Both the position numbers and the translations under genes were made by a program. This document shows, in pieces, positions 48,781-56,527 of a DNA stretch of 63,945 nucleotides. The notes below the pieces were generated by a model. It was not told where the DNA came from. It worked only from the letters and a program-made list of their open reading frames with translations, and did not search any database. Source of the DNA: Gemmatimonas sp. (GTDB lineage: Bacteria; Pseudomonadota; Alphaproteobacteria; Rhizobiales; Xanthobacteraceae); contig JBLMWS010000137.1 of the NCBI GenBank assembly GCA_050257355.1, positions 1 through 63,945 of the forward strand, in the 5' to 3' direction. The number at the start of each line of letters is the position of its first letter. The first letter of the stretch is position 1.

Positions 48781-48811
48781 TCGTGCTAGACTGGCCGGCA
48801 CGAAAGATAGT

Positions 48812-48843
48812 CTGGTCCGGTGCGAACCTTCGCGCCGGATCAG
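48812..48843. other. 14-bp hairpin between amtB and the next operon (possible terminator or processing signal)
   Basis: CTGGTCCGGTGCGA-ACCT-TCGCGCCGGATCAG; no clear U tail. Confidence 0.4.
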
Positions 48844-48918
48844 GCTTAAACAGGAAAGTGGGTGGAACAAGGAGCACCCAGCGCCTCGCCGGGTGCTCGA
48901 GAGCACGAGGAGGCGGCG

Positions 48919-49263
48919 ATGAAGGAGATTTTTGCGCAAGGCGACCTGCTGCTCGAGCGGGTTGCGGATACGGCTCCGTCGGGCACGGTGACGGAAAATC
49001 TCGACGGCGTGGCCATGGTGCTGGCGGAGGGCGAGGAGAGTGGGCATCGCCATGCCATCGCCGAGCGCGTCACGATGTTTCGCGACGACAAGCTCGCCGC
49101 CGATATTCCCGCCGGTCTCTACATCGGGCATGTCCAGGTGGCTTCGCCACACGCACGCGTGACGCACGACGAACACGCGCCGATCACACTGCCGCGCGGA
49201 ACCTACCGGGTCCGGCGCCAGCGCGAGCTCGGGCCGAAGGATGCGCGCGTCCTCGCCGATTGA
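48919..49263 (+). CDS. conserved His-motif hypothetical protein (114 aa)
   Basis: GAGGAGG RBS; QGDLL, LAEGEESGHRH, HDEHAPITLP.GTYRVRRQRE. Confidence 0.85.
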   Translation: MKEIFAQGDLLLERVADTAPSGTVTENLDGVAMVLAEGEESGHRHAIAERVTMFRDDKLAADIPAGLYIGHVQVASPHARVTHDEHAPITLPRGTYRVRRQRELGPKDARVLAD

Positions 49264-50374
49264 GGCTCTGACAGCCTCTCAGACGGCCGCGCTCGAGCGC
49301 TATCGCGCACGCTGGCTCGCAATCCGCCGCTCGACCGCGCCGTGCGATCGTGAGGCGGCGGAAGCGGGCGTGCAGCTTGCCTATGAGGCTGCGGGGCTGG
49401 ACGCGCCGAACCGCTACCTGTGGTGCGACAGTCCGGTCGCGCTGGTCGATCAGGCCCGCCGCGCCTCCGCTGTCGACGGCGCCAACGTCAGGTTGGTCCT
49501 GATCGACCGGGTCCGACGGCAGACCCTCGCCAGGATACGCATGCGCCTGCGCAAGCGCGTCCGGGCGCAGATCGAGCGCGCGGTCAATCCCGAGGACACG
49601 CTGCTCGCGCCGCTTGCCGATCTCATCGTGCAGGCGACGGGAACGGCGCATGACGGCAGCTCCTTGCTCGGCCGCTTCTTGAACGCGCGTCCATTGTCGT
49701 GGCCGACCGCGGTCGCCTTGCTCACGGGCCGCGACGGCTTTCGCCACAGCGCGGCCGGCCCGAACGAGCTGTCCTGGCTCGGCGTTTGCGACTATGCCCG
49801 CAGCGTGCTCGGCTTCAGGGACGAGACTGCGCAACTGCTCGGACTTTGGCAGGTGGCCGCCAACATAGGGTGGCTGCAGCCGCATCGGCGCACTTGCTGG
49901 CTCTCGGAGCGGCCGCGCGTTCTGCATGGCGATGCGGCGGGCCGGTTGCATTATGCGGGCGGACCGGCGCTGGGTTTTGCCGACGGCTGGTCGGTGTTCG
50001 CCTGGAAGGGCGTGGAGGTGCCAAGCTGGATGATCGAGCAGCCGGAGACGATCACGTTGTCGGCCATCGACGCCGAAATCAACGTTCAGCTGCGCCGCTG
50101 CATGATCGAGATCATGACGCCGCAGCGTTACGTCGCGCTCGGCGGCGCGAGGAAGATCGCCGAGGACGAGACCGGCGTGCTCTGGCGCAGGATCTGGTTC
50201 AATTACGACATCTGGTCCGCCGTCGAGGTGATCAATGCAACGCCGGAGCCGGACGGCACGCGCAAGCACTTTTTCCTGCAGGTGCCCGCGAACATCCAGA
50301 CCGCCCGCGAGGCGGTGGCGTGGACCTACGGCATGCGGGTCGATGATTATGCAAGGCTCGCAATGAGGACGTGA
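49241..50374 (+). CDS. DUF6745-like domain protein
   Basis: GW..P....C..SERP..LH.D..GRLH...GPA..F.DG...FAW.GV.VP, E.N...RR.MIE, VEV.NATPEPDG, TAREAVAWTYG. Family recognised from memory. Confidence 0.75.
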   Translation: MRASSPIEALTASQTAALERYRARWLAIRRSTAPCDREAAEAGVQLAYEAAGLDAPNRYLWCDSPVALVDQARRASAVDGANVRLVLIDRVRRQTLARIRMRLRKRVRAQIERAVNPEDTLLAPLADLIVQATGTAHDGSSLLGRFLNARPLSWPTAVALLTGRDGFRHSAAGPNELSWLGVCDYARSVLGFRDETAQLLGLWQVAANIGWLQPHRRTCWLSERPRVLHGDAAGRLHYAGGPALGFADGWSVFAWKGVEVPSWMIEQPETITLSAIDAEINVQLRRCMIEIMTPQRYVALGGARKIAEDETGVLWRRIWFNYDIWSAVEVINATPEPDGTRKHFFLQVPANIQTAREAVAWTYGMRVDDYARLAMRT

Positions 50375-50446
50375 AAGCGAGTTCGCGACCTTCTGCCCGT
50401 CATCCTTCGAGACGGCCGCGTTCCGCGGCCTCCTCAGGACGACGGA

Positions 50447-50977
50447 TCAGCTCCGGTAGTAACGCCACATCCGCAGGAAGGTGCGATGGATCGCGTCGGG
50501 CGGCTGGTCGAACGGCTCGATGTCGATCCGCACCATGTTGTTGTGGTTCATGCGCCAGGGCAGGCGCATGAAGCGGCGGTACCACGGCTGCTTGCGCCAG
50601 TCCGCGACCAGCGCGCTGGAGAGCGGCACGTTGAGCACGATCTGCAATTCATGCACGGTCATGGCGCGCTCGGCGATCTCGACGAGATCGATGCGTTCGA
50701 CGGCGCGCCAGCGGATCAGCCCGAACGCCTGGATGAAGATGCCGTATTGATTGGCGCCGATGGTGGGCCGTCCGGTCTCCAACAGCGGCATGTTGTAATA
50801 GGTGAAGGCGGCCGCGCCCGCCGCGGCAATCAGCCAGTACAGCGCGCCCGTGATCCAGGTCGCGGCGAGGAAGATCAGCGCCAGCGCGGCCGTGACGTAG
50901 ACCGGAAAATAACTTTCGTCGCGCTCATAGGTGACCGAATAGCCGCCGACATTGCCTTCGTCAGAGCTTGCGACCAT
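50447..50977 (-). CDS. hypothetical membrane protein
   Basis: Two TM segments followed by a soluble domain; GC-rich third positions. Confidence 0.75.
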   Translation of the reverse strand: MVASSDEGNVGGYSVTYERDESYFPVYVTAALALIFLAATWITGALYWLIAAAGAAAFTYYNMPLLETGRPTIGANQYGIFIQAFGLIRWRAVERIDLVEIAERAMTVHELQIVLNVPLSSALVADWRKQPWYRRFMRLPWRMNHNNMVRIDIEPFDQPPDAIHRTFLRMWRYYRS

Positions 50978-51054
50978 GGCCACCCTGTTCTCAAAGCGCG
51001 ATCCCATCGCAATAACGCAAGGATCATGCCCGAGCCTCGGAGCGGCGCCAGCGC

Positions 51055-51082
51055 AAATAAAAACGGGGCTCGAGGCCCCGTT
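51055..51082 (-). terminator. intrinsic terminator after rpmG
   Basis: Minus strand AACGGGGC-CTCGA-GCCCCGTT-TTTATTT. Confidence 0.75.
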
Positions 51083-51108
51083 CGAAAGTCAGCAGCATTC
51101 CCGCGATA

Positions 51109-51276
51109 TTACTTGATTTTTGCTTCGCGGAACTCGACGTGCTTGCGCGCGACCGGGTCGTATTTCTTCTTGACCAGCTTCTCGGTCATGGTGCGCGAGT
51201 TTTTCTTGGCGACGTAGTAATAGCCGGTGTCCGCCGAGGACACGAGCTTGACCTTGATGGTGACCGCCTTGGCCAT
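51109..51276 (-). CDS. rpmG: 50S ribosomal protein L33 (Cys-free type; absent from the ORF track because it is 55 aa)
   Basis: Hand translation [55 protein letters not shown]. Confidence 0.97.
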   Translation of the reverse strand: MAKAVTIKVKLVSSADTGYYYVAKKNSRTMTEKLVKKKYDPVARKHVEFREAKIK

Positions 51277-51404
51277 GTTCTAAAACCTTCAAATCTTGCG
51301 GGCAGGGGCGCCGGCCGAAACGGGGCGCGCGAGTTGGCGGCAACCTAGCCACAAACGGCCCAAAGTCAAGGTTTTCGGGGTCAAAACCGGCCGATTCATA
51401 CCCA

Positions 51405-52730
51405 TCATGCTGAAAAGAACCGGTTTTTCGGCCGCGGCAGGCCCAGATTCTCCCGCAGGGTGCGGCCCTCATACTCGTTGCGGAAGATCCCCCGTCGCTG
51501 CAGCTCCGGGACCACCTTGTCGACGAAATCGGTCAGGCCCTGCGGCAGATAGGGGAACATGATGTTGAAGCCGTCGCTGCCGCGGCTTTCCAGCCACTCC
51601 TGCATCTGGTCGGCGATGGTCTGGGGCGTACCCACAAAGGACAGGCCGCCATAGCCGCCGACCCGCTGCGCCAATTGCCGCACCGTGAGCTTGTCGCGCG
51701 CGGCGAGATCGACCAGGCGCTGGCGCCCGCTCTTGGACGCATTGGTCTCGGGGATGTCCGGCAAGAGCCCGTCGGGATCGAAGGTGGAGGCATCGGTGCC
51801 GAGGATCACCGAGAGCGATGCGATCGCGCTGTCGTAATGCACCCGGCTGTCGAGCAACGCACGCTTCTCCCTTGCCTCCTCCACGCTGTCGCCGACCACG
51901 ACGAAGGCGCCAGGCAGGATTTTCAGATGCTCGGGATCGCGCCCGGCTGTTTCCGCGCGGCCCTTGATGTCGGCATAGAGCTTTTGTGCGTCCGCGAGAC
52001 TGCCGCCGCCGGTGAACACGGCTTCCGCGGTCTCCGCCGCAAGCTGCTTGCCGTCTTCCGAGGCGCCGGCCTGGACGATCACCGGCCAGCCCTGCACGGG
52101 GCGGGCGATGTTCAGGGGTCCCCGCACCTTCAGATATTTGCCCTTGTGATCGAGCACGCGCATCTTCTCGGGATCGAAATAGAGACCTTGCTCGACGTCG
52201 CACACAAAGGCGTCGTCGGCGAAGGAGTCCCACAAGCCCGTGACCACGTCATAGAACTCGCGCGCGCGGCGGTAACGCTCGGCATGCTCCATGTGATCGT
52301 CGAGACCGAAGTTCAGCGCCGCGTCGGGATTGGAGGTGGTGACGATATTCCAGCCCGCGCGCCCGCCGGAGATGTGGTCGAGCGAAGCAAAGCGGCGGGC
52401 GATGTGATAGGGCTCGTCGAAGGTGGTCGAGCCGGTCGCGATCAGGCCGATGTTCTCGGTGACGGTCGAGAGCGCCGAGAGCAGCGTGAACGGTTCGAAG
52501 GACGTCACGGTGTGGCTGCGCTTGAGCGCATTGACCGGCATGTTCAGCACGGCCAAATGATCGGCCATGAAGAAGGCGTCGAATTTGCCGGCCTCCAGTT
52601 TGCGGATCAGGTCTTTCAGATGTTGGAAATTGAAGTTGGCGTCGGGCCAGGCGCCGGGATAGCGCCACGCGCCGGTGTGGATTGAGACCGGGCGCATGAA
52701 GGCGCCGAGCTTGAGTTGACGTTTCGTCAT
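51405..52730 (-). CDS. LLM-class flavin monooxygenase (NtaA/SnaA/DszA family)
   Basis: GAWR.P, FD.FF.AD, EP.TLL, FASLDHISGGRAGWNIVT, QAGAS..G, VVPELQRRG.FR. Confidence 0.93.
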   Translation of the reverse strand: MTKRQLKLGAFMRPVSIHTGAWRYPGAWPDANFNFQHLKDLIRKLEAGKFDAFFMADHLAVLNMPVNALKRSHTVTSFEPFTLLSALSTVTENIGLIATGSTTFDEPYHIARRFASLDHISGGRAGWNIVTTSNPDAALNFGLDDHMEHAERYRRAREFYDVVTGLWDSFADDAFVCDVEQGLYFDPEKMRVLDHKGKYLKVRGPLNIARPVQGWPVIVQAGASEDGKQLAAETAEAVFTGGGSLADAQKLYADIKGRAETAGRDPEHLKILPGAFVVVGDSVEEAREKRALLDSRVHYDSAIASLSVILGTDASTFDPDGLLPDIPETNASKSGRQRLVDLAARDKLTVRQLAQRVGGYGGLSFVGTPQTIADQMQEWLESRGSDGFNIMFPYLPQGLTDFVDKVVPELQRRGIFRNEYEGRTLRENLGLPRPKNRFFSA

Positions 52731-52842
52731 CGCCCGCTGTCCGCTGCTGTTGTCGTCGGAAAGACATAGGCAGAGCGAGCCGCCGCGCCAGAACAAGAGG
52801 GCGGAAGATTATTTTGTTTTTGGGCTCAACCCTGGCATGCTC

Positions 52843-52935
52843 GTCATTCCGGGGCGCGCATGCAATGCGCGAACCCGGAATCCAGAAGTTGTGGCGCGAG
52901 ATTCCGGGCTCGCGCTTCGCGTGCCCCGGAATGAC
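52843..52935. repeat. REP-like palindromic element
   Basis: GTCATTCCGGGGCGCGC...GCGTGCCCCGGAATGAC terminal inverted repeat with internal CCCGGAATC/GATTCCGGG. Confidence 0.85.
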
Positions 52936-52957
52936 AAGCGGAGGCAGCGCGCCCCTT

Positions 52958-53707
52958 TCAACCCAAAACGTCCTTCTGCATCCTGCCGCCGTAGAAATGG
53001 AAGAACGGCACCGGTGCATCGTGGCGGAGCGGTCCGGTGGCGAGCCGCCGCTCCAGCTCACCCAGCACGTTTTTGGTCATCGGATGCAAATCGGCCAGCG
53101 GCTGCGAGCCGAGCTCGACCCAGACCAATTCGACCAGTTCGGCCTCGGCATGCACCACGCCCTCGACGCGATGGGTGATGGTGGAAGCGTCCGCAGTGAA
53201 GAAGCGGGTATCGAAGCGGCGCACGCGGCCGGGCGGCGTGATCGCGCGGGCGATCAGGAACAGGCCGGAGGGATCGGGAAGCAGGCTCGCATCGGCAAAG
53301 GGGCTCCAGGCGCCCTCGAGCCTGGTCGCCGCGCTTTCCGTCTTGCGCCCGAGGCAGAGGCCGGTCTCCTCGCAGGCCTCGCGGATCGCGGCGACGGCGA
53401 GCGACTTGGCGCGCGAGGCGGTGATCTTGGGGCTGCCCTTCAGGAGATTGGCTTCGAGCTCTTGCGGTATCGGCGCCGCGACCGGCACCCGGTGATCCAA
53501 CTTGTCGACGCGGCCGCCGGGAAAGACGAACTTGCCGGGCATGAACACGACCTTGTCGTGGCGCCGGCCTACCAGCACTTTCGGAACTGAACCGGTGCGA
53601 TCGACCAGGATCAGCGTCGCTGCGTCCTTTGGCCGGTAATAGGGATGATGATCGGCTTCCTTCTCTTCGCGCTTTTCTTGTTTTGCCGCGACCGCTGCTT
53701 CCGTCAT
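52958..53707 (-). CDS. NUDIX hydrolase
   Basis: PKDAATLI, VFPGG.VD, AAIREACEETG, ITPPG..RRFDTRFF. Confidence 0.92.
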   Translation of the reverse strand: MTEAAVAAKQEKREEKEADHHPYYRPKDAATLILVDRTGSVPKVLVGRRHDKVVFMPGKFVFPGGRVDKLDHRVPVAAPIPQELEANLLKGSPKITASRAKSLAVAAIREACEETGLCLGRKTESAATRLEGAWSPFADASLLPDPSGLFLIARAITPPGRVRRFDTRFFTADASTITHRVEGVVHAEAELVELVWVELGSQPLADLHPMTKNVLGELERRLATGPLRHDAPVPFFHFYGGRMQKDVLG

Positions 53708-53751
53708 TTCCACCCCGAGGCGCTTTTCTATTTTGCGAGATCTTTCTCTAG

Positions 53752-54204
53752 CTAGAGCGGCGGGTCGTCGCTATAGCCATTTTGGTCGTCGAAGCCATGC
53801 ATGCGCAGCGCCCATTGCAGGCCGACGATGGTGCCCTTGACCGGTTGCAGCAACAAGAGCGACAGGATCAGCGTCAGCGGCAGATAGATCGCAAGCTGCA
53901 GCGCGACCGGCGGCGCGAAATTGGTTTCGATCAACAGCGCCAGCGGCACGACGACATGCCCGACAATGACGATGACGAGATAGGCCGGCAGGTCGTCAGC
54001 GCGGTGCGGCGTGAAATCCAGGCTGCAGGCCGGGCAGCTGTTGTCCACCTTCAGGAAGGCGCGGAACAGCTTGCCCTCGCCGCAACGTGGGCAGCGGCCG
54101 CGAAAGCCGCGTTTCATCGCCAGCCACAGGTCGCGTTTTTCGATCGCGGCGGTCCCGTGAGTCTCGCGCGTCCACATCTTGGTGGCCGGATTTACGCTGT
54201 CCAT
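53752..54204 (-). CDS. DUF983 family protein
   Basis: RG.RGRCPRCGEGKLF..FLKV..C..C, ADD.PAY, KG.IVGLQW; start overlaps the rnr stop. Confidence 0.9.
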   Translation of the reverse strand: MDSVNPATKMWTRETHGTAAIEKRDLWLAMKRGFRGRCPRCGEGKLFRAFLKVDNSCPACSLDFTPHRADDLPAYLVIVIVGHVVVPLALLIETNFAPPVALQLAIYLPLTLILSLLLLQPVKGTIVGLQWALRMHGFDDQNGYSDDPPL

Positions 54205-56522
54205 CACTTGCCTCGCTTGCCTTTGCCCGCTCTCGCCTTGCCGGCCTTTTTCCGGTCCTGCTTGCGCCCCTTGTCCCGCGCGGCGCGGCGCAACTGCGCA
54301 GCCCGCATCTTTGCGCCGTCGCGCCTGCGCTCGGTTGCCGCGAAGGCTCCCTCGCTCAAGAGCTCGAAGCGCAGCGCACCCGCTATCGGCTGCGCTTCGA
54401 TCAGGCGGACATCGACGACATCGCCCAGCCGGTGGGTGGCTCCGGAGCGTGAACCGACGAGAGCATGGCGGGTTTCGTCGTAATTGAAATATTCGGTCCC
54501 GAGCGAGCGTATCGGAATAAAGCCGTCGGCGCCGGTAACATCCAGTTTGACGAACAGGCCGGAGCGGGTGACCCCGGAAATGCGCCCCTGAAACGTCGCG
54601 CCGATGCGGTCGGCGAGATGATGGGCGATCAGCCGATCGGCGGTCTCGCGCTCGGCTTTCATGGCCCTGCGCTCGGTCGCGGAAATCTGCGCGGCGATTT
54701 CACTCAACGTCTCCAGCGACTCGCCTTCCGGCAGCGCACCGTCGCCGAGCGAGAGGCCGCGGATCAGCGCGCGATGCACGATCAGGTCGGCATAGCGGCG
54801 GATCGGCGAGGTGAAATGCGCATAGCGGCGCAGGTTCAGGCCGAAATGGCCGTAATTCTCCGCGGAATATTCCGCTTGCGCCTGCGAGCGCAGCACCACC
54901 TCGTTGACCAGATGCTCGTAATCCTGGCCTTGAACCTGCGCCAGCACCCGATTGAACAAAGACGGGCGCAAAGGACCGCCCTTGGCGAACGGCAGATCGA
55001 GCGTGCGCAGGAACTCCTGCAGCGCCTGCACTTTCTCGAAGCTCGGCTCGTCGTGCACCCGGTAGATCAGCGGCAGCGCCTTCTTTTCCAGTGCCTCGGC
55101 GGCGGCAACGTTGGCGAGGATCATGAACTCCTCGATTAGTTTGTGCGCCTCGAGCCGTTGCGGCACGATCACGCGATCGACCGTGCCGTCGGATTTGAGC
55201 AGGATCTTGCGCTCGGGAATGTCGAGATCGAGCGGGTCGCGTTCCCGCCTGGCGTGCTTGATCACTTCGTGAGCGGCGTAAAGCGGTTTGAGGATCGGAT
55301 CGAGCAGGGGGCCCGTGGTGTCGTCGGGCTGACCGTCGATCGCCGTCTGTACCTGCGCGTAGTTGAGTTTGGCGGCGGAGCGCATCAGCACGCGATGAAA
55401 GCTGTGCGAGCGCTTGCGGCCGTCGGCGCCGATCACCATGCGCACGGCGAGCGCGCCGCGCGGCTCGCCAGGTACCAGCGAGCAAAGATCGTTGGAGATG
55501 CGCTCGGGCAGCATCGGCACCACGCGGTCGGGGAAGTAGACCGAATTGCCGCGCAGCAATGCGTCGCGGTCGAGCGCGGAATCCGGGCGTACATAGAAGG
55601 CGACGTCGGCAATCGCAACGTGAAGGATGAAGCCGCCTTTGTTCTTGGGGTCGGGATCGGCTTCCGCGTGCACGGCGTCGTCGTGATCCTTGGCGTCGGG
55701 CGGATCGATGGTGACCAGCGGCACTTCGCGCCAGTCCTCGCGTCCCCGAAGCGTCGCAGGCTGCGCTTCCCCGGCCTCGAGCAGCGCGGCCTTGGAAAAG
55801 TCCATTGGAATTTCGTGGGCGTGGATCGCAATCAGGCTGATCGCCTTTTCCGAGGCGATCGTGCCCAGCCGTTCTTTCACGCGTGCCGATGCGAGCCCGA
55901 AGGCGCGGGTGCGGATCAGGTCGACGCTGACGAGATCGCCGTCCTGTGCATCCTTGCTGTCGGCGCTCGCTATGTTGAGCTCGCGACCGGCCTGCTTGCG
56001 GTCGACCGGAACGAGCCGTCCGCCGCCGTCGGGAAGCTTGCGGAAGATGCCGAGGATACGGCTCTTGGCGTGATCGATGATCTTGATGATGCGCCCGCGA
56101 TAGCTGGCGCCTTCGGCTTCGTCCGAAGCTTCGACATGCAGCAGCGCGCGGTCGCCGACGCCGGCGGTCGCGGAGGGGCGCGCCCGGCGTGGCAGATGGA
56201 TGCGGATCTTGGGCGGCTCGCCGTTCTCGACCTCGTCCCATTCGGTCGGCGTTGCGATCAATTCCCCGTCGCGGTCGCGGCCGGTGATGTCGGCCACCAC
56301 GGTCGGGGGCAGGGCCGCGGTCTCGGCGACCTTGCGGCCCTGCTTCTTGATGATGCCTTCATCCGCAAGCTCCCGCAGCACGCGTTTCAGCTCGGCGCGA
56401 TCGGCGTTCTTCAACCCGAATTCGCGGGCGATCTCGCGTGTCCCGATCTTGGCGGGATTCTTCCTGATGAAGGCGACAATGGCCTTGCGGTCGGGAAAGC
56501 CATTGTCCTTGGTTTTTTTCAC
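54204..56522 (-). CDS. rnr: ribonuclease R
   Basis: TIDP.DAKDHDDA, VAIADV, LIEEFMILAN, HFTSPIRRY.DL.VHR, S1 domain, basic tail. Confidence 0.96.
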   Translation of the reverse strand: MKKTKDNGFPDRKAIVAFIRKNPAKIGTREIAREFGLKNADRAELKRVLRELADEGIIKKQGRKVAETAALPPTVVADITGRDRDGELIATPTEWDEVENGEPPKIRIHLPRRARPSATAGVGDRALLHVEASDEAEGASYRGRIIKIIDHAKSRILGIFRKLPDGGGRLVPVDRKQAGRELNIASADSKDAQDGDLVSVDLIRTRAFGLASARVKERLGTIASEKAISLIAIHAHEIPMDFSKAALLEAGEAQPATLRGREDWREVPLVTIDPPDAKDHDDAVHAEADPDPKNKGGFILHVAIADVAFYVRPDSALDRDALLRGNSVYFPDRVVPMLPERISNDLCSLVPGEPRGALAVRMVIGADGRKRSHSFHRVLMRSAAKLNYAQVQTAIDGQPDDTTGPLLDPILKPLYAAHEVIKHARRERDPLDLDIPERKILLKSDGTVDRVIVPQRLEAHKLIEEFMILANVAAAEALEKKALPLIYRVHDEPSFEKVQALQEFLRTLDLPFAKGGPLRPSLFNRVLAQVQGQDYEHLVNEVVLRSQAQAEYSAENYGHFGLNLRRYAHFTSPIRRYADLIVHRALIRGLSLGDGALPEGESLETLSEIAAQISATERRAMKAERETADRLIAHHLADRIGATFQGRISGVTRSGLFVKLDVTGADGFIPIRSLGTEYFNYDETRHALVGSRSGATHRLGDVVDVRLIEAQPIAGALRFELLSEGAFAATERRRDGAKMRAAQLRRAARDKGRKQDRKKAGKARAGKGKRGK

Positions 56523-56527
56523 CGTGA

